Assembly (NCBI GenBank): GCA_963749125.1
Contig: CAVVLL010000006.1
Coordinates: 27,409-91,408 of the forward strand
Direction: 5' to 3'
Source: an uncultured bacterium
Lineage (GTDB): Bacteria > 4484-113
Length of the DNA: 64,000 nucleotides
The notes beneath the pieces are model-generated. The model was not told where the DNA came from and did not search any database. It worked only from the letters and a program-made list of their open reading frames with translations. Within the stretch, counting starts at the first letter, position 1; each line of letters starts with the position of its first letter. Below, piece by piece: positions 9,325 through 18,441 of the stretch. Position numbers and translations under genes: made by a program.

Positions 9325-11052
9325 ATGAAAAGGCTCAGCTTTCTCGCAATATTAATGGTGATTACCGCGCTGGCGGGATGTACTGCAGGCGGCAGTGCGC
9401 CCACCCAGCCCAGCTTATCTGATAACAGCCGGAGTGCTGCTTTCGTCATCAGCGACGACGGGAGCCTTTTCTCCGGGAATACCGCGTTTACCACTACGCA
9501 AAGGTTTGACGCGATGACTGGCAAGCTTCATGTTACAGTCCTCGCCACAAACGCCGAAGATCTGAAGTCGGCCACTTTAGTGCTAGGATATCCTTCCGAA
9601 TCCTTGAGGCTAGTTACAGCGGAATACGCTGGCGGCCTTGGCGAAGATGTGGTTACGGCTATCATCGCCCGCTGCCCCGAAGTGAACCTTGGCGCGGCGA
9701 TTATCAACCTAACTGAGCGCGAAGGTGTCAGCGGCGACCGCGAGCTGTTTAATCTCATATTTGAACCGGGCCGTGAAACCAAGCCAAAAGCCGTGGCTAC
9801 GCCGCCGAACAGGCCAGAAAACGCTGTAGTTATCACTGGCGCTATAGACCCTCAGAATAGGGTTACCTTACGCTGGACTGAGAACAACCGAGGCGACGGC
9901 AACAACGACGGCATTGTAGGCGTTGCTGATGTTACGCCGCTGGCGAGGAATTACAACCACCTGACTACCGACGGGCAGGGCGACCTTGAGGATGTGCTGG
10001 CCGATTACAACGTTGACGGGAAGATTAACGTTCAAGACGTGAGTAATCTTGCGATGAACTTTGGGCACCAGCTCTTTGGCTACGATGTTCAAACTAGTAC
10101 CGCTTCTACCGGCCCATTCACCAGAATTCCAAATGCAACAGTTCCTGCTAACCCAACCATCCTCAGGACTGACATTAATCCGAATCCGGTTCCTGCTAAC
10201 GGGCCTCTGCAGTATGTTTACGTAACCGAGCCTATCGATGGCATTGTCTTCTTCCGCGTAGTCCCCAAAGACACTCCTGGAGCCGAAGGCACTGTATCAA
10301 ACGTGCTGCAGATGGAGTCTCTGTCTAATATCCTCTCCATGACCATTGAGCCGCCGACGGGTGTGGACCCATGGCTGGTGATAACTGAAGAAGCAATTGA
10401 TACCGTAACCGGGAACGAGCAGCCGTTCGCCCGCAGGTCAATACAGCTTTCAGCGATGGGCATTGTGGAAGGCGAAACTGAGCCTATTGACGTCACCAAC
10501 ATGGTTGATTGGTCGCTGGAAACAGGCGGGACGCTTGCCACTATCGGCAACATCGCCGATACAAACAAGGGCCTGTTGAGCGCTGATGACGTTGGCGTAG
10601 TCCGCGTTCTCGCGCGCAAGGACGATGACTTCACTATTTCGGCAGTCCTTGAGATACCCGTATATGCGATATTTGATATCACACTTCGCGTCGCGGGACA
10701 GACCGACCCAGCAGACGTCAGTGTCGCAGTAGGGACACCGGTAGTCTTTGAAGCTATCGGCATCTTTGACGACAACGACGGAAATGTGGGCGATTACCTT
10801 GAGATCGACATAACGCCTTATGTCAGCTATGCCATCGGCAGACCGATTGTAGCTCCTGGGCCTCCGCCTGTTTATGAAGGCGGCGCGTTTGATATCAATA
10901 CCCAGACAGGCACGCTCATCACTACCGATGCCGGGTTACAAGCCGGCTTCAGAGCGTTCGTCAGCGCAATATTCCCGCCCGAGGCTATTACGCCTGTCAT
11001 CGGCGAGGGTTACCGCGCCAACAGCAATATGCTCACGGTTACGCTTGAGTAA
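9325..11052 (+). CDS. Lipoprotein with cohesin-like domain, dockerin-like Ca-binding repeats and Ig-like C-terminal domains
   Basis: Lipobox LAGC; GDGNNDGIVGVADVTPLARNY and DYNVDGKINVQDVSNLAMNFG duplicated repeats; cohesin-like N-terminal strand pattern (track ORF 9292..11052). Confidence 0.7.
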   Translation: MKRLSFLAILMVITALAGCTAGGSAPTQPSLSDNSRSAAFVISDDGSLFSGNTAFTTTQRFDAMTGKLHVTVLATNAEDLKSATLVLGYPSESLRLVTAEYAGGLGEDVVTAIIARCPEVNLGAAIINLTEREGVSGDRELFNLIFEPGRETKPKAVATPPNRPENAVVITGAIDPQNRVTLRWTENNRGDGNNDGIVGVADVTPLARNYNHLTTDGQGDLEDVLADYNVDGKINVQDVSNLAMNFGHQLFGYDVQTSTASTGPFTRIPNATVPANPTILRTDINPNPVPANGPLQYVYVTEPIDGIVFFRVVPKDTPGAEGTVSNVLQMESLSNILSMTIEPPTGVDPWLVITEEAIDTVTGNEQPFARRSIQLSAMGIVEGETEPIDVTNMVDWSLETGGTLATIGNIADTNKGLLSADDVGVVRVLARKDDDFTISAVLEIPVYAIFDITLRVAGQTDPADVSVAVGTPVVFEAIGIFDDNDGNVGDYLEIDITPYVSYAIGRPIVAPGPPPVYEGGAFDINTQTGTLITTDAGLQAGFRAFVSAIFPPEAITPVIGEGYRANSNMLTVTLE

Positions 11053-11061
11053 CCGCCCATA

Positions 11062-11886
11062 ATGATGCGCCCATCCGGCGGATTTTCGGGTGCGATCTAC
11101 AACAAGCCGCTTTTGCGGCTGATAGAGTTCGCGCAATTCCTAGCGCTTGGCTGCGCGGGTTTCATCTACCTGTCGCAGTCGTTTACTAAGCTTGGGATGC
11201 AAGGACTTTTGGACGCGCTTGCCATCTACTCGTTCATCATCGCCGCATACTTACTGGTGATGGTCGCAGAAGTCGCGGACGCGCATTACCTGCGAGCGCT
11301 TGGCGCATTCGGGCTGCTCGTGGGGTGCTCGGTCGGCGGCTACTTCATCTTTTTCCGTGACGCTCCATTCCTTGAGCCTGCGCCCATGGGGCTTGCCTTA
11401 GTCACATTCATACTCGGCTTGGCGCTTGTCATAGCCTACATCGTTCTCATTATCGGTCGGCTGGCACACGGCAAAGCTACGTCTGCACAAGTTGCGAAAG
11501 TCGCCGACGAGCGCGGGGCTGCACCCTCGACGCCAGTCGCCGACGCGCTACGCAAGAGCCTTGAGATGATGAAGGCCGAGCCACCTGCCGTTTCATCAAC
11601 AAATGAGCTTTCGCTAATCGGCGTTAGTGGCCCTTACCTAGGCAAGCAATTCGCGCTGAAGAAGGGCGAGAATGCCATCGGGCGAAGCGAAGGCGACATC
11701 GTGCTCGGCGACGACAGGCAAGTCTCGCGAAAGCACTGCGTCGTTGTGTGGAGCGACACCGGAATTACAGTGCGTGATGTTGGCAGCACGAATGGAATCT
11801 TTGTCGCCGGGAACCGCGTGATGGAGAGTAGCCTAGCGCCTGGCGACCTATTGATGGTCGGCGGGAGCACATTCAAGGTCGGCTAG
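11062..11886 (+). CDS. Membrane protein with C-terminal FHA domain
   Basis: About four N-terminal TM helices; IGRSEGD...VSRKHC...DVGSTNG FHA signature. Confidence 0.88.
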   Translation: MMRPSGGFSGAIYNKPLLRLIEFAQFLALGCAGFIYLSQSFTKLGMQGLLDALAIYSFIIAAYLLVMVAEVADAHYLRALGAFGLLVGCSVGGYFIFFRDAPFLEPAPMGLALVTFILGLALVIAYIVLIIGRLAHGKATSAQVAKVADERGAAPSTPVADALRKSLEMMKAEPPAVSSTNELSLIGVSGPYLGKQFALKKGENAIGRSEGDIVLGDDRQVSRKHCVVVWSDTGITVRDVGSTNGIFVAGNRVMESSLAPGDLLMVGGSTFKVG

Positions 11887-12572
11887 CCGCAGTTCTTATT
11901 CACTGTAGCAACGGCGGGGTCATCCATTAACTTGGTCGTCATGACGCCGTATGCGCGCTCAAAATGCTCCAAGTAAGTCTCCGCAACTGTCCTACAATCC
12001 ATCTCTTTTCCAGTAAGCTCTTTGACGCTTGTAACAGGCCGTGAGAGGCCACAAGGGTTTATCAACTTGAAGTAATCCAAGTCCGTAACGACATTCAGCG
12101 CAAAGCCGTGGAATGACACCCACCGCTTTACAGCGATCCCGATGGCTGCGACTTTTGCATGCTTATGCCAGACGCCTGTAAAGCCAGCCTCACGGTGGGT
12201 TTCCAATCCGTATGCCGCAAGCAATATAATCAGGCTTTTCTCTAGGGTGCGCAGGTATTCAGCGACGCTGATATTGAGCTCCTTGAGGTTTAGCAGAGGA
12301 TAACCGACAAGCTGGCCGGGGCCGTGATACGTCACATCGCCACCGCGCTCAACGTAATGTAGGTCGACGCCTTTACTCGCAAGCTGTTCAGGAGTGAAAT
12401 AGATGTTTGTGCTGTCGCCATGCCTGCCAACAGTCACGACGGGCTCATGTTCAAGTAGCAGGATTGTGGAAGGCGAGTTTCCACTGACTACTTCAGCGTG
12501 CAAGGCTAGCTGGTAATCCCAGCATTCCTTGTAGGGGATACGCCCCAGCCATTTTGCGCATATTTCAATCAT
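11883..12572 (-). CDS. lipB: Lipoyl(octanoyl) transferase
   Basis: LLEHEPVVTVG, ERGGDVTYHGPGQLVGYP, KVAAIGI, HGFALNV, INPCGL. Confidence 0.96.
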   Translation of the reverse strand: MIEICAKWLGRIPYKECWDYQLALHAEVVSGNSPSTILLLEHEPVVTVGRHGDSTNIYFTPEQLASKGVDLHYVERGGDVTYHGPGQLVGYPLLNLKELNISVAEYLRTLEKSLIILLAAYGLETHREAGFTGVWHKHAKVAAIGIAVKRWVSFHGFALNVVTDLDYFKLINPCGLSRPVTSVKELTGKEMDCRTVAETYLEHFERAYGVMTTKLMDDPAVATVNKNCG

Positions 12573-12699
12573 GGCGCGTGATTATAGCGCGGGAAAGCCT
12601 GTGTGGAAGCAGGACGGTCTTGAAAAGACGGACAGCGGATGGTATTCTCATTCCTGCGGCGCATATTGCGCAACGAAGCTGAAATACGGAGGAACTACG

Positions 12700-12885
12700 A
12701 TGACTTATGTAATCACGAATAAGTGCGCGCTCCACAAAGAGTGCATCGACGTTTGCCCGGTTGCCGCGATTTCCATTCCCGATGGCGGCGTCATCGCCAT
12801 CATCGACCCGGACCTCTGCACTGAGTGCGGCGAATGCAATACGGTCTGCCCGGTAGGCGCGCCGGTTCCGGAAGACGAAGCCTAA
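12700..12885 (+). CDS. Small dicluster ferredoxin (first motif CxxHxxCxxxCP)
   Basis: MTYVITNKCALHKECIDVCP...CTECGECNTVCP; GGAGG RBS before ATG 12700 (track ORF 12571..12885). Confidence 0.9.
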   Translation: MTYVITNKCALHKECIDVCPVAAISIPDGGVIAIIDPDLCTECGECNTVCPVGAPVPEDEA

Positions 12886-12912
12886 CCAAGGGCAATCAAA
12901 CTTATGCGATAG

Positions 12913-12942
12913 CAGGCGGCGGAGTCGCTTCGCCGCCTGTTT
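12913..12942. terminator. Hairpin terminator between convergent ferredoxin and rph
   Basis: CAGGCGGCGGAG-TCG-CTTCGCCGCCTG followed by TTT. Confidence 0.75.
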
Positions 12943-12951
12943 GCCATTTAC

Positions 12952-13674
12952 CTATGGGGTGAATTGAAGCCTTTCGGGTAGATGCTTGAGTTGTTCAGCA
13001 AGAACCACTTCAAGTCCGGCATCTGCAAACTTCAGCAGCTTTGCTAGGTCGTCTGCATTGTAGCTACCACGCTCTGCGGTAAAGCTCGTTTCCACCAACT
13101 GGCCGTTCGCCAGCTTGACGACATTCCCGTCAACATCGCAGGTGCTGTCTTCCTCGTATGCCAGGTCAAGCACCGGCTCACCGTTCATCAGCCCCACTGA
13201 AACGGCTGCAAGCTGCGAGCGTAGCGGGGATTTGGCGAAGCGATGGCGTTCTGCGTAAACGAGCGAAGCGAGGCTGACAAATGCGCCGGTGATGGCCGCT
13301 GTGCGCGTCCCACCGTCGGCGATTAGGACGTCGCAATCCAGCTTAATTGTTATCGTGGGAAGCAACTGCAGGTTCAGCGCCGCCCGCAGTGCACGCGCGA
13401 TCGTGCGCTGAATCTCGCTAGTGCGGCCGCCTGCCTCACGCTCACGCTGCTGGCGCGGGTATGACGCCATCGGTAGCATGTTGTATTCGGCGGTAAGCCA
13501 GCCGTGCCCAGCGCCGAGCAGCCAGTAAGGCACGCGCTCTTCCAAGCTTGCATAGCAAAGGACCCTCGTCTCGCCGTAGGAGATTAATGTCCCGTGTTCG
13601 CGCAGGTAGCTGGATTGTATGGTAATAGGCCGCATCTCGTCGGTGCGGCGCCCGTCTGTCCGTTTCATTGGCAT
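12952..13674 (-). CDS. rph: Ribonuclease PH
   Basis: RTDGR..RPI, GWLTAEYNML, GRTSEIQRTIARALRA, DVLIADGGTRTAAITGA. Confidence 0.96.
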   Translation of the reverse strand: MPMKRTDGRRTDEMRPITIQSSYLREHGTLISYGETRVLCYASLEERVPYWLLGAGHGWLTAEYNMLPMASYPRQQREREAGGRTSEIQRTIARALRAALNLQLLPTITIKLDCDVLIADGGTRTAAITGAFVSLASLVYAERHRFAKSPLRSQLAAVSVGLMNGEPVLDLAYEEDSTCDVDGNVVKLANGQLVETSFTAERGSYNADDLAKLLKFADAGLEVVLAEQLKHLPERLQFTP

Positions 13675-13701
13675 GGTTACAGTATATCAGGAGTAGATTA
13701 G

Positions 13702-14541
13702 CTAAGAGTTGACTGAAGCCTGCGAAGTAACCGGGCGGATGTCTTCACCAAGAAAAAGCTGCGCGGTATTGAGGAAGTGCTCGTTCAAGTCGCTGGCGAA
13801 GATGGCATCATTGCCGCGCGGAGCATCGTGCTCCAGGCTGTGTTCTTTCAGGTAGGCGGATAGCTCAGCCACAATCTCTGCTGCCGGGTCTACTAGCGCG
13901 GCATCTGCGAACCGGCGCTGGATGGCGCGTTCCAGGAAGGGGTAGTGGGTGCAGCCGTAAATCACGGTATCCACTCCTGCCGCAAGCAGAGGCTCGGAGT
14001 ACTGCGCTACCGCTTCGTCAACCTCGCCGCCGTCAAACACGCCGCTTTCGACCAAGGGCACGAACTTCGGGCACGCGCTCTGGACGACTAGGGCTTCAGG
14101 GCACATGCCCTGAATTGATTTGACGTAAGAGGCAGTCTGCACAGTTGCAGCAGTGGCTAGGACACCAATACGTTTGCAGCGCGTCATGCGGACGGCAGCT
14201 GATGCTCCGTTGGAAATGAGGCCGAATACCGGCACAGGGGTTTGAGCCAAGTCATCTTCAGTGAGGACACTGGAGCTTACATTGCAGGCGACCGCGATTG
14301 CTTTCACGCCTTGTGAAACAAGGAACTCAACAATATTCTTCGCGTATGCGCGGATGACTTCCGGCGGCTTGTCTCCATAAGGCACGTTGGCGGTATCCCC
14401 AAAGTAGACGACGTTTTCGCCGGGCAGCAGCCTCTTTAGCTGCTTCAAGACCGTGAATCCGCCGACGCCCGAGTCGAACATGCCGATTGGCAAGTTGCGG
14501 TCGATAGCTGCGTGCGGATGGTTGATGGGGGGAGTTGTCAT
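13702..14541 (-). CDS. murI: Glutamate racemase
   Basis: IGMFDSGVGG, YFGDTANVPYG, VACNVSS, YGCTHYP. Confidence 0.96.
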   Translation of the reverse strand: MTTPPINHPHAAIDRNLPIGMFDSGVGGFTVLKQLKRLLPGENVVYFGDTANVPYGDKPPEVIRAYAKNIVEFLVSQGVKAIAVACNVSSSVLTEDDLAQTPVPVFGLISNGASAAVRMTRCKRIGVLATAATVQTASYVKSIQGMCPEALVVQSACPKFVPLVESGVFDGGEVDEAVAQYSEPLLAAGVDTVIYGCTHYPFLERAIQRRFADAALVDPAAEIVAELSAYLKEHSLEHDAPRGNDAIFASDLNEHFLNTAQLFLGEDIRPVTSQASVNS

Positions 14542-14999
14542 ACTTTCAGCTTGCCTTTCAAGTTGCGCGATTTACGCTGCAGGTCACGCGCGCGGATGGT
14601 CTTGCGCTTGTCAGTGGCTTTCTTACCGCGCACGAGAGCAATCTCCACCTTCATGAGGCTACCCTTGCTGTAGATGCGCAGAGGGATGATGGTCGAGCCC
14701 TTCGTCGTTACTTTGCCATGCAGTCGCCGCAGCTCAGCGCGGTTCAGGAGCAGCTTGCGCTGTCGGGTAGGGGACAATGACAGGTTAACACCAGCCTGGG
14801 GATAGGGGGAGATGTTGCAATTCACAAGGAACAGCTCGTTGCCGATGAAACGACAAAACGCTTCCGCTAGCGACGCCTTGCCCGCGCGCACGGACTTGAC
14901 CTCGCAGCCTTGGAGGACAATGCCGGCTTCAAAGGTATCAAGTACCTCGTACTCATACCTGGCCTTGCGGTTAACGATGTTGATGCTGACGTTTGCCAT
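14538..14999 (-). CDS. smpB: SsrA-binding protein
   Basis: NRKARYEY, EAGIVLQGCEVKSVR, RKLLL, KGKK..DKR. Confidence 0.96.
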   Translation of the reverse strand: MANVSINIVNRKARYEYEVLDTFEAGIVLQGCEVKSVRAGKASLAEAFCRFIGNELFLVNCNISPYPQAGVNLSLSPTRQRKLLLNRAELRRLHGKVTTKGSTIIPLRIYSKGSLMKVEIALVRGKKATDKRKTIRARDLQRKSRNLKGKLKV

Positions 15000-15034
15000 G
15001 GTCTTGCGCCTACATACACGCCCTAAAGCACAAA

Positions 15035-15056
15035 GCCCGCCGAACAGGTTGGCGGG
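15035..15056. terminator. Hairpin downstream of the 15116 gene
   Basis: CCCGCC...GGCGGG inverted repeat in the intergenic gap. Confidence 0.45.
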
Positions 15057-15115
15057 AAGCTAATCTAGCATAATAGGCGGCCAGATGCAAAATGCAGATT
15101 GTGGGAGCAAAGCCG

Positions 15116-15703
15116 CTATTGCTTCTGCGACATGGCTTCCTGGTGCGCCTTTAGCTGGTTTTCGGCAAGCGTGCGCTCGTCAATCGTCGGGAGTTGTGTG
15201 CGCCACAGGAACTGGATCTTGTAATCACTCTTATTACGCTTGTGAACGACAGGCGTGACCTGGCCGTTAACTCCCCAGGTTGCCGTTCCCAAGGAGAAAT
15301 AAGCCGCCTGGCCGAAGTTGAAGTCGTAATATGCGGTGACAGTGATTACGTCAACATCAGGACGGCGTTTATACAGCTCAGCCATCGTGGCTACCATCGT
15401 TGCCTGAGCTTCTTCAAGCGCTACGTTTGAAGGTAGACCGATATCGAGAGTGGCAAGCCTTCCTTCAGGCTCATCCAGGAAAGTCTCTTTGTAGCCGGTC
15501 GTGGCGACTTCAGGAATTGTTGAAATGCCGTACTCCTCAAACCTGACGAGCGGCGTGGTTAAGTAGGAGTAGAGGAAACTCCCTGCTACGACAACAATGA
15601 CAGCAATAACGAGATAGAACAGAATCGTGCGAGCAGGAAATATCTCGTGGATACCCCCGCGCGTCGGTTGGTGTGGCATCTCACCCGCCTTCTTGAGTTT
15701 CAC
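15116..15703 (-). CDS. Hypothetical single-pass membrane protein
   Basis: One hydrophobic helix (ILFYLVIAVIVVVAGSFLY) and a soluble C-terminal domain; no family recognised. Confidence 0.7.
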   Translation of the reverse strand: MKLKKAGEMPHQPTRGGIHEIFPARTILFYLVIAVIVVVAGSFLYSYLTTPLVRFEEYGISTIPEVATTGYKETFLDEPEGRLATLDIGLPSNVALEEAQATMVATMAELYKRRPDVDVITVTAYYDFNFGQAAYFSLGTATWGVNGQVTPVVHKRNKSDYKIQFLWRTQLPTIDERTLAENQLKAHQEAMSQKQ

Positions 15704-15900
15704 TCACCATGAGTTTCACGACACAACTGTTCCTCTTGGTCACTTTGCGGGGCGCACGGAAAGCGCTCCATCTGGCCGCCCGGCTTGCCATATTAATGGC
15801 CCCCCGCTGGGCTAAGTGATTATACATCAGAATTGGTCCGGTGCAACTTGTCCCCAATGTTGTTTACTTGAAGGCAGGCTTCAATTAAAATCACCAGCGT

Positions 15901-16746
15901 ATGCGCGCTCTTATAAAGCTGCATCCAAGGTTGGGGAATGAATTCCTTATGCAAAGCGTTTATCCACGCATGCACGAAGCGGGAATTGAATATGGGCTTT
16001 TGCCTGAAGACATATCCGCCGACTGCGACGAGATAACCGCCCAAGGCGATTTTGTCATCGTTTTCGGGGGAGACGGCACATTCCTTTCCGGCGCACTGGT
16101 GGCCCACTGCCTGGACATTCCTGTTATCGGTGTTGAGGTCGGGCATCTCGGCTTTCTTTGCCAGCAATCGCTGGACAGGCTTCCTGAGCTCCTCGTAGCC
16201 GTGAGGGACGGCAAGTGCCTGGTGGAGACGAGGCATGTGCTTTCGTGCTTTGTCCCCTGCGACGGCGAGGATGGCAAGGAACGCACCGCGATCAATGATG
16301 TCGTCGTTGGCATCGCCGACATGACAAGGCTGGCGCCGGTGACGGTCTTCATAGGCGGTGAGCGGCTGGCGACCTTCCGCGGCGACGGGATAGTCGTGGC
16401 CTCAGCGACGGGCAGCACGGCATACTCGCTTGCCGCAGGCGGGCCGCTTCTCGAGCCGACCAGCACGAACATCGTCATCACACCGATATGCGCGCATACG
16501 CTTTTCGCGAAACCTTTTGTGGTTGACGGGACATGGGAGGTGGGCTTGCGCGTTGAATGCAGCGAGCCGGAGGTGTTCGTCTCAATAGACGGACGTAAGA
16601 TAATGAAGCTGTGGCCGAAATGCGCGGCGAAGGTTAGGCTTCATAACAGGCCGCTCAAAGTAGCGAGGATGGAGGAGCCGACTCACTTCCAGGTATTACG
16701 CGAAAAGTTCGGGTGGGGATTTGAATTCAAGGGGAGCGGGGCGTAA
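15901..16746 (+). CDS. nadK: NAD(+) kinase
   Basis: FGGDGTFL, GHLGFL, AINDVV, GDGIVVASATGSTAYSLAAGGP. Confidence 0.95.
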   Translation: MRALIKLHPRLGNEFLMQSVYPRMHEAGIEYGLLPEDISADCDEITAQGDFVIVFGGDGTFLSGALVAHCLDIPVIGVEVGHLGFLCQQSLDRLPELLVAVRDGKCLVETRHVLSCFVPCDGEDGKERTAINDVVVGIADMTRLAPVTVFIGGERLATFRGDGIVVASATGSTAYSLAAGGPLLEPTSTNIVITPICAHTLFAKPFVVDGTWEVGLRVECSEPEVFVSIDGRKIMKLWPKCAAKVRLHNRPLKVARMEEPTHFQVLREKFGWGFEFKGSGA

Positions 16747-16753
16747 CTCCGAA

Positions 16754-18439
16754 GTGCTAACCAAGCTATCAGCGCGCAATTTCTCGCTCCTAAAGGACAC
16801 GAGCTTTGCTTTCTCGCGCGGCCTGAATGTGATTACTGGAGAGAGCGGCGCTGGAAAGAGCCTCATAATTGACGCGCTTCAGTTTGCTTTGGGGAAGCGT
16901 CCCAACCAAACGTTCATCGGCACTGAAAGCGATGAATGCTCAATAACAGCTTCATTTGAACTCCCGAAAGCGGTAGCTAAAGCGCACGGACTGCCACCGG
17001 CGATTGAAATTACGAGGACGTTTGGCAGGAGCGGAAGAGGCTGCCTGACGCTGAACGGTGAACAAGTGCTCGTTGGTTATTTGAAGGACTTGATGTCGCC
17101 GCTGGTTGACGTTAGCACCCAGTTCGCCCAGCAAGACCTGTTCAGGCCTTCGTTCCATCGCGAGATCCTTGACGCGTTCGGCGATGCTGCGTTTCAGGCA
17201 TCGTTGGGAGCATTCCGCTCAGGCTTCGCCGAGCTTCAAACAGCCAGGCAGGAGCTCGCAGCGAGGCGCGAAGCTGCGACGAAGGGTATAGAGGAGCAAA
17301 ACTACCTGGAATTCCTGGTGGGAGAGTTGAGTGCCGCGAATGTCAGCGTCGGCGACAAGGAACGCATAAGCGCAAAGCTTTACATGCTTGAACACGCCGA
17401 GGAGATACTTCGGCGAGCCAGCACAGCCTCGCAGCTGCTTTACGGCGAAGGTGATGAGAACCCATCAGCATTTGATTTGATCGCGAAAGCCAGCGAGGAG
17501 ATGGGAGCGCTGCAAGTTGAGGATCTTGGCGAGAGTAGGCTTGGCAAGGCGCAGGAGCTTCTAGCGACAGCGCTGGACGCGGTAAATGAAGCGAAAGAGC
17601 TTATCTCTGAGCTCTCCGACGTGCCTGATTACAGCGCGTCTGAGATTGAAAGGCTGCGCAGACGGCTAGACGAAATCAACTCGCTGGAGCATAAGTACCG
17701 CATCAGCGCCGACGAGATACCTTCACTGCTCGAGAGGTCATTGGCGAGGCTTGATGCGCTTAACACAAGCCCAGAGGCCATGCTAGAGCTGGAATCCAAT
17801 GTGAAGCAGCTTGAAAGCGGACTCATGGGGCAGGCGCTTAAGCTAAACGAGAACCGGCGCAAAATAGGCGATGGCATGGCGAAGACGGTGGGCGGCTACC
17901 TTTCCCGGCTTGGGTTCAAGCAAGCGCGGTTCATCGCCGAAATCACTGAGCCGGAAGAGATGTCGCCGGATGACTTGCGTGAGCATGGCGTAGGTAGGAG
18001 CGAGTTCATCGTGTGCCTAAATCCCGGGGAACCTGCGCGCCCGCTTGCCGAGGTTGCATCAGGAGGCGAAGCGTCCAGGCTGATGCTCGCAGTCAAGGCT
18101 GCGCTCCAGGGCAAGCTGTCGTATGCTACCATTGTCTTTGATGAGATTGAAGCTGGGGTCGGAGGCGATGCCGCCTTCAACGTTGCGCATGTTCTGCGCG
18201 ACCTTTCCGCCGGACACCAGGTAATCGCGGTGACGCATCTAGCACCGGTTGCTGCGGCAGGCGACCACCACTTGGAGGCGGTTAAGGCGGTCAAGTCCGG
18301 CATCACAGACATCAAGGTCGTCATACTTTCGGGTAAAGAACGCACCAGGGCGCTGGCGAGGATGCTTGGCGATCCCGAGCGCTCGGAGAGCCTCGCGCTG
18401 GCAGACAGTTTCTTACAGCGCATGGCTTCGCGGAACTGA
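16754..18439 (+). CDS. recN: DNA repair protein RecN
   Basis: ITGESGAGKS Walker A, VASGGEASRLML signature, VFDEIEAGVGG, VTHL (track ORF 16721..18439). Confidence 0.93.
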   Translation: MLTKLSARNFSLLKDTSFAFSRGLNVITGESGAGKSLIIDALQFALGKRPNQTFIGTESDECSITASFELPKAVAKAHGLPPAIEITRTFGRSGRGCLTLNGEQVLVGYLKDLMSPLVDVSTQFAQQDLFRPSFHREILDAFGDAAFQASLGAFRSGFAELQTARQELAARREAATKGIEEQNYLEFLVGELSAANVSVGDKERISAKLYMLEHAEEILRRASTASQLLYGEGDENPSAFDLIAKASEEMGALQVEDLGESRLGKAQELLATALDAVNEAKELISELSDVPDYSASEIERLRRRLDEINSLEHKYRISADEIPSLLERSLARLDALNTSPEAMLELESNVKQLESGLMGQALKLNENRRKIGDGMAKTVGGYLSRLGFKQARFIAEITEPEEMSPDDLREHGVGRSEFIVCLNPGEPARPLAEVASGGEASRLMLAVKAALQGKLSYATIVFDEIEAGVGGDAAFNVAHVLRDLSAGHQVIAVTHLAPVAAAGDHHLEAVKAVKSGITDIKVVILSGKERTRALARMLGDPERSESLALADSFLQRMASRN

Positions 18440-18441
18440 TC

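Noticed and set aside
14990-15115. Possible ssrA gene next to smpB
   Set aside because: The gap is only ~115 bp and holds just a terminator-like hairpin.
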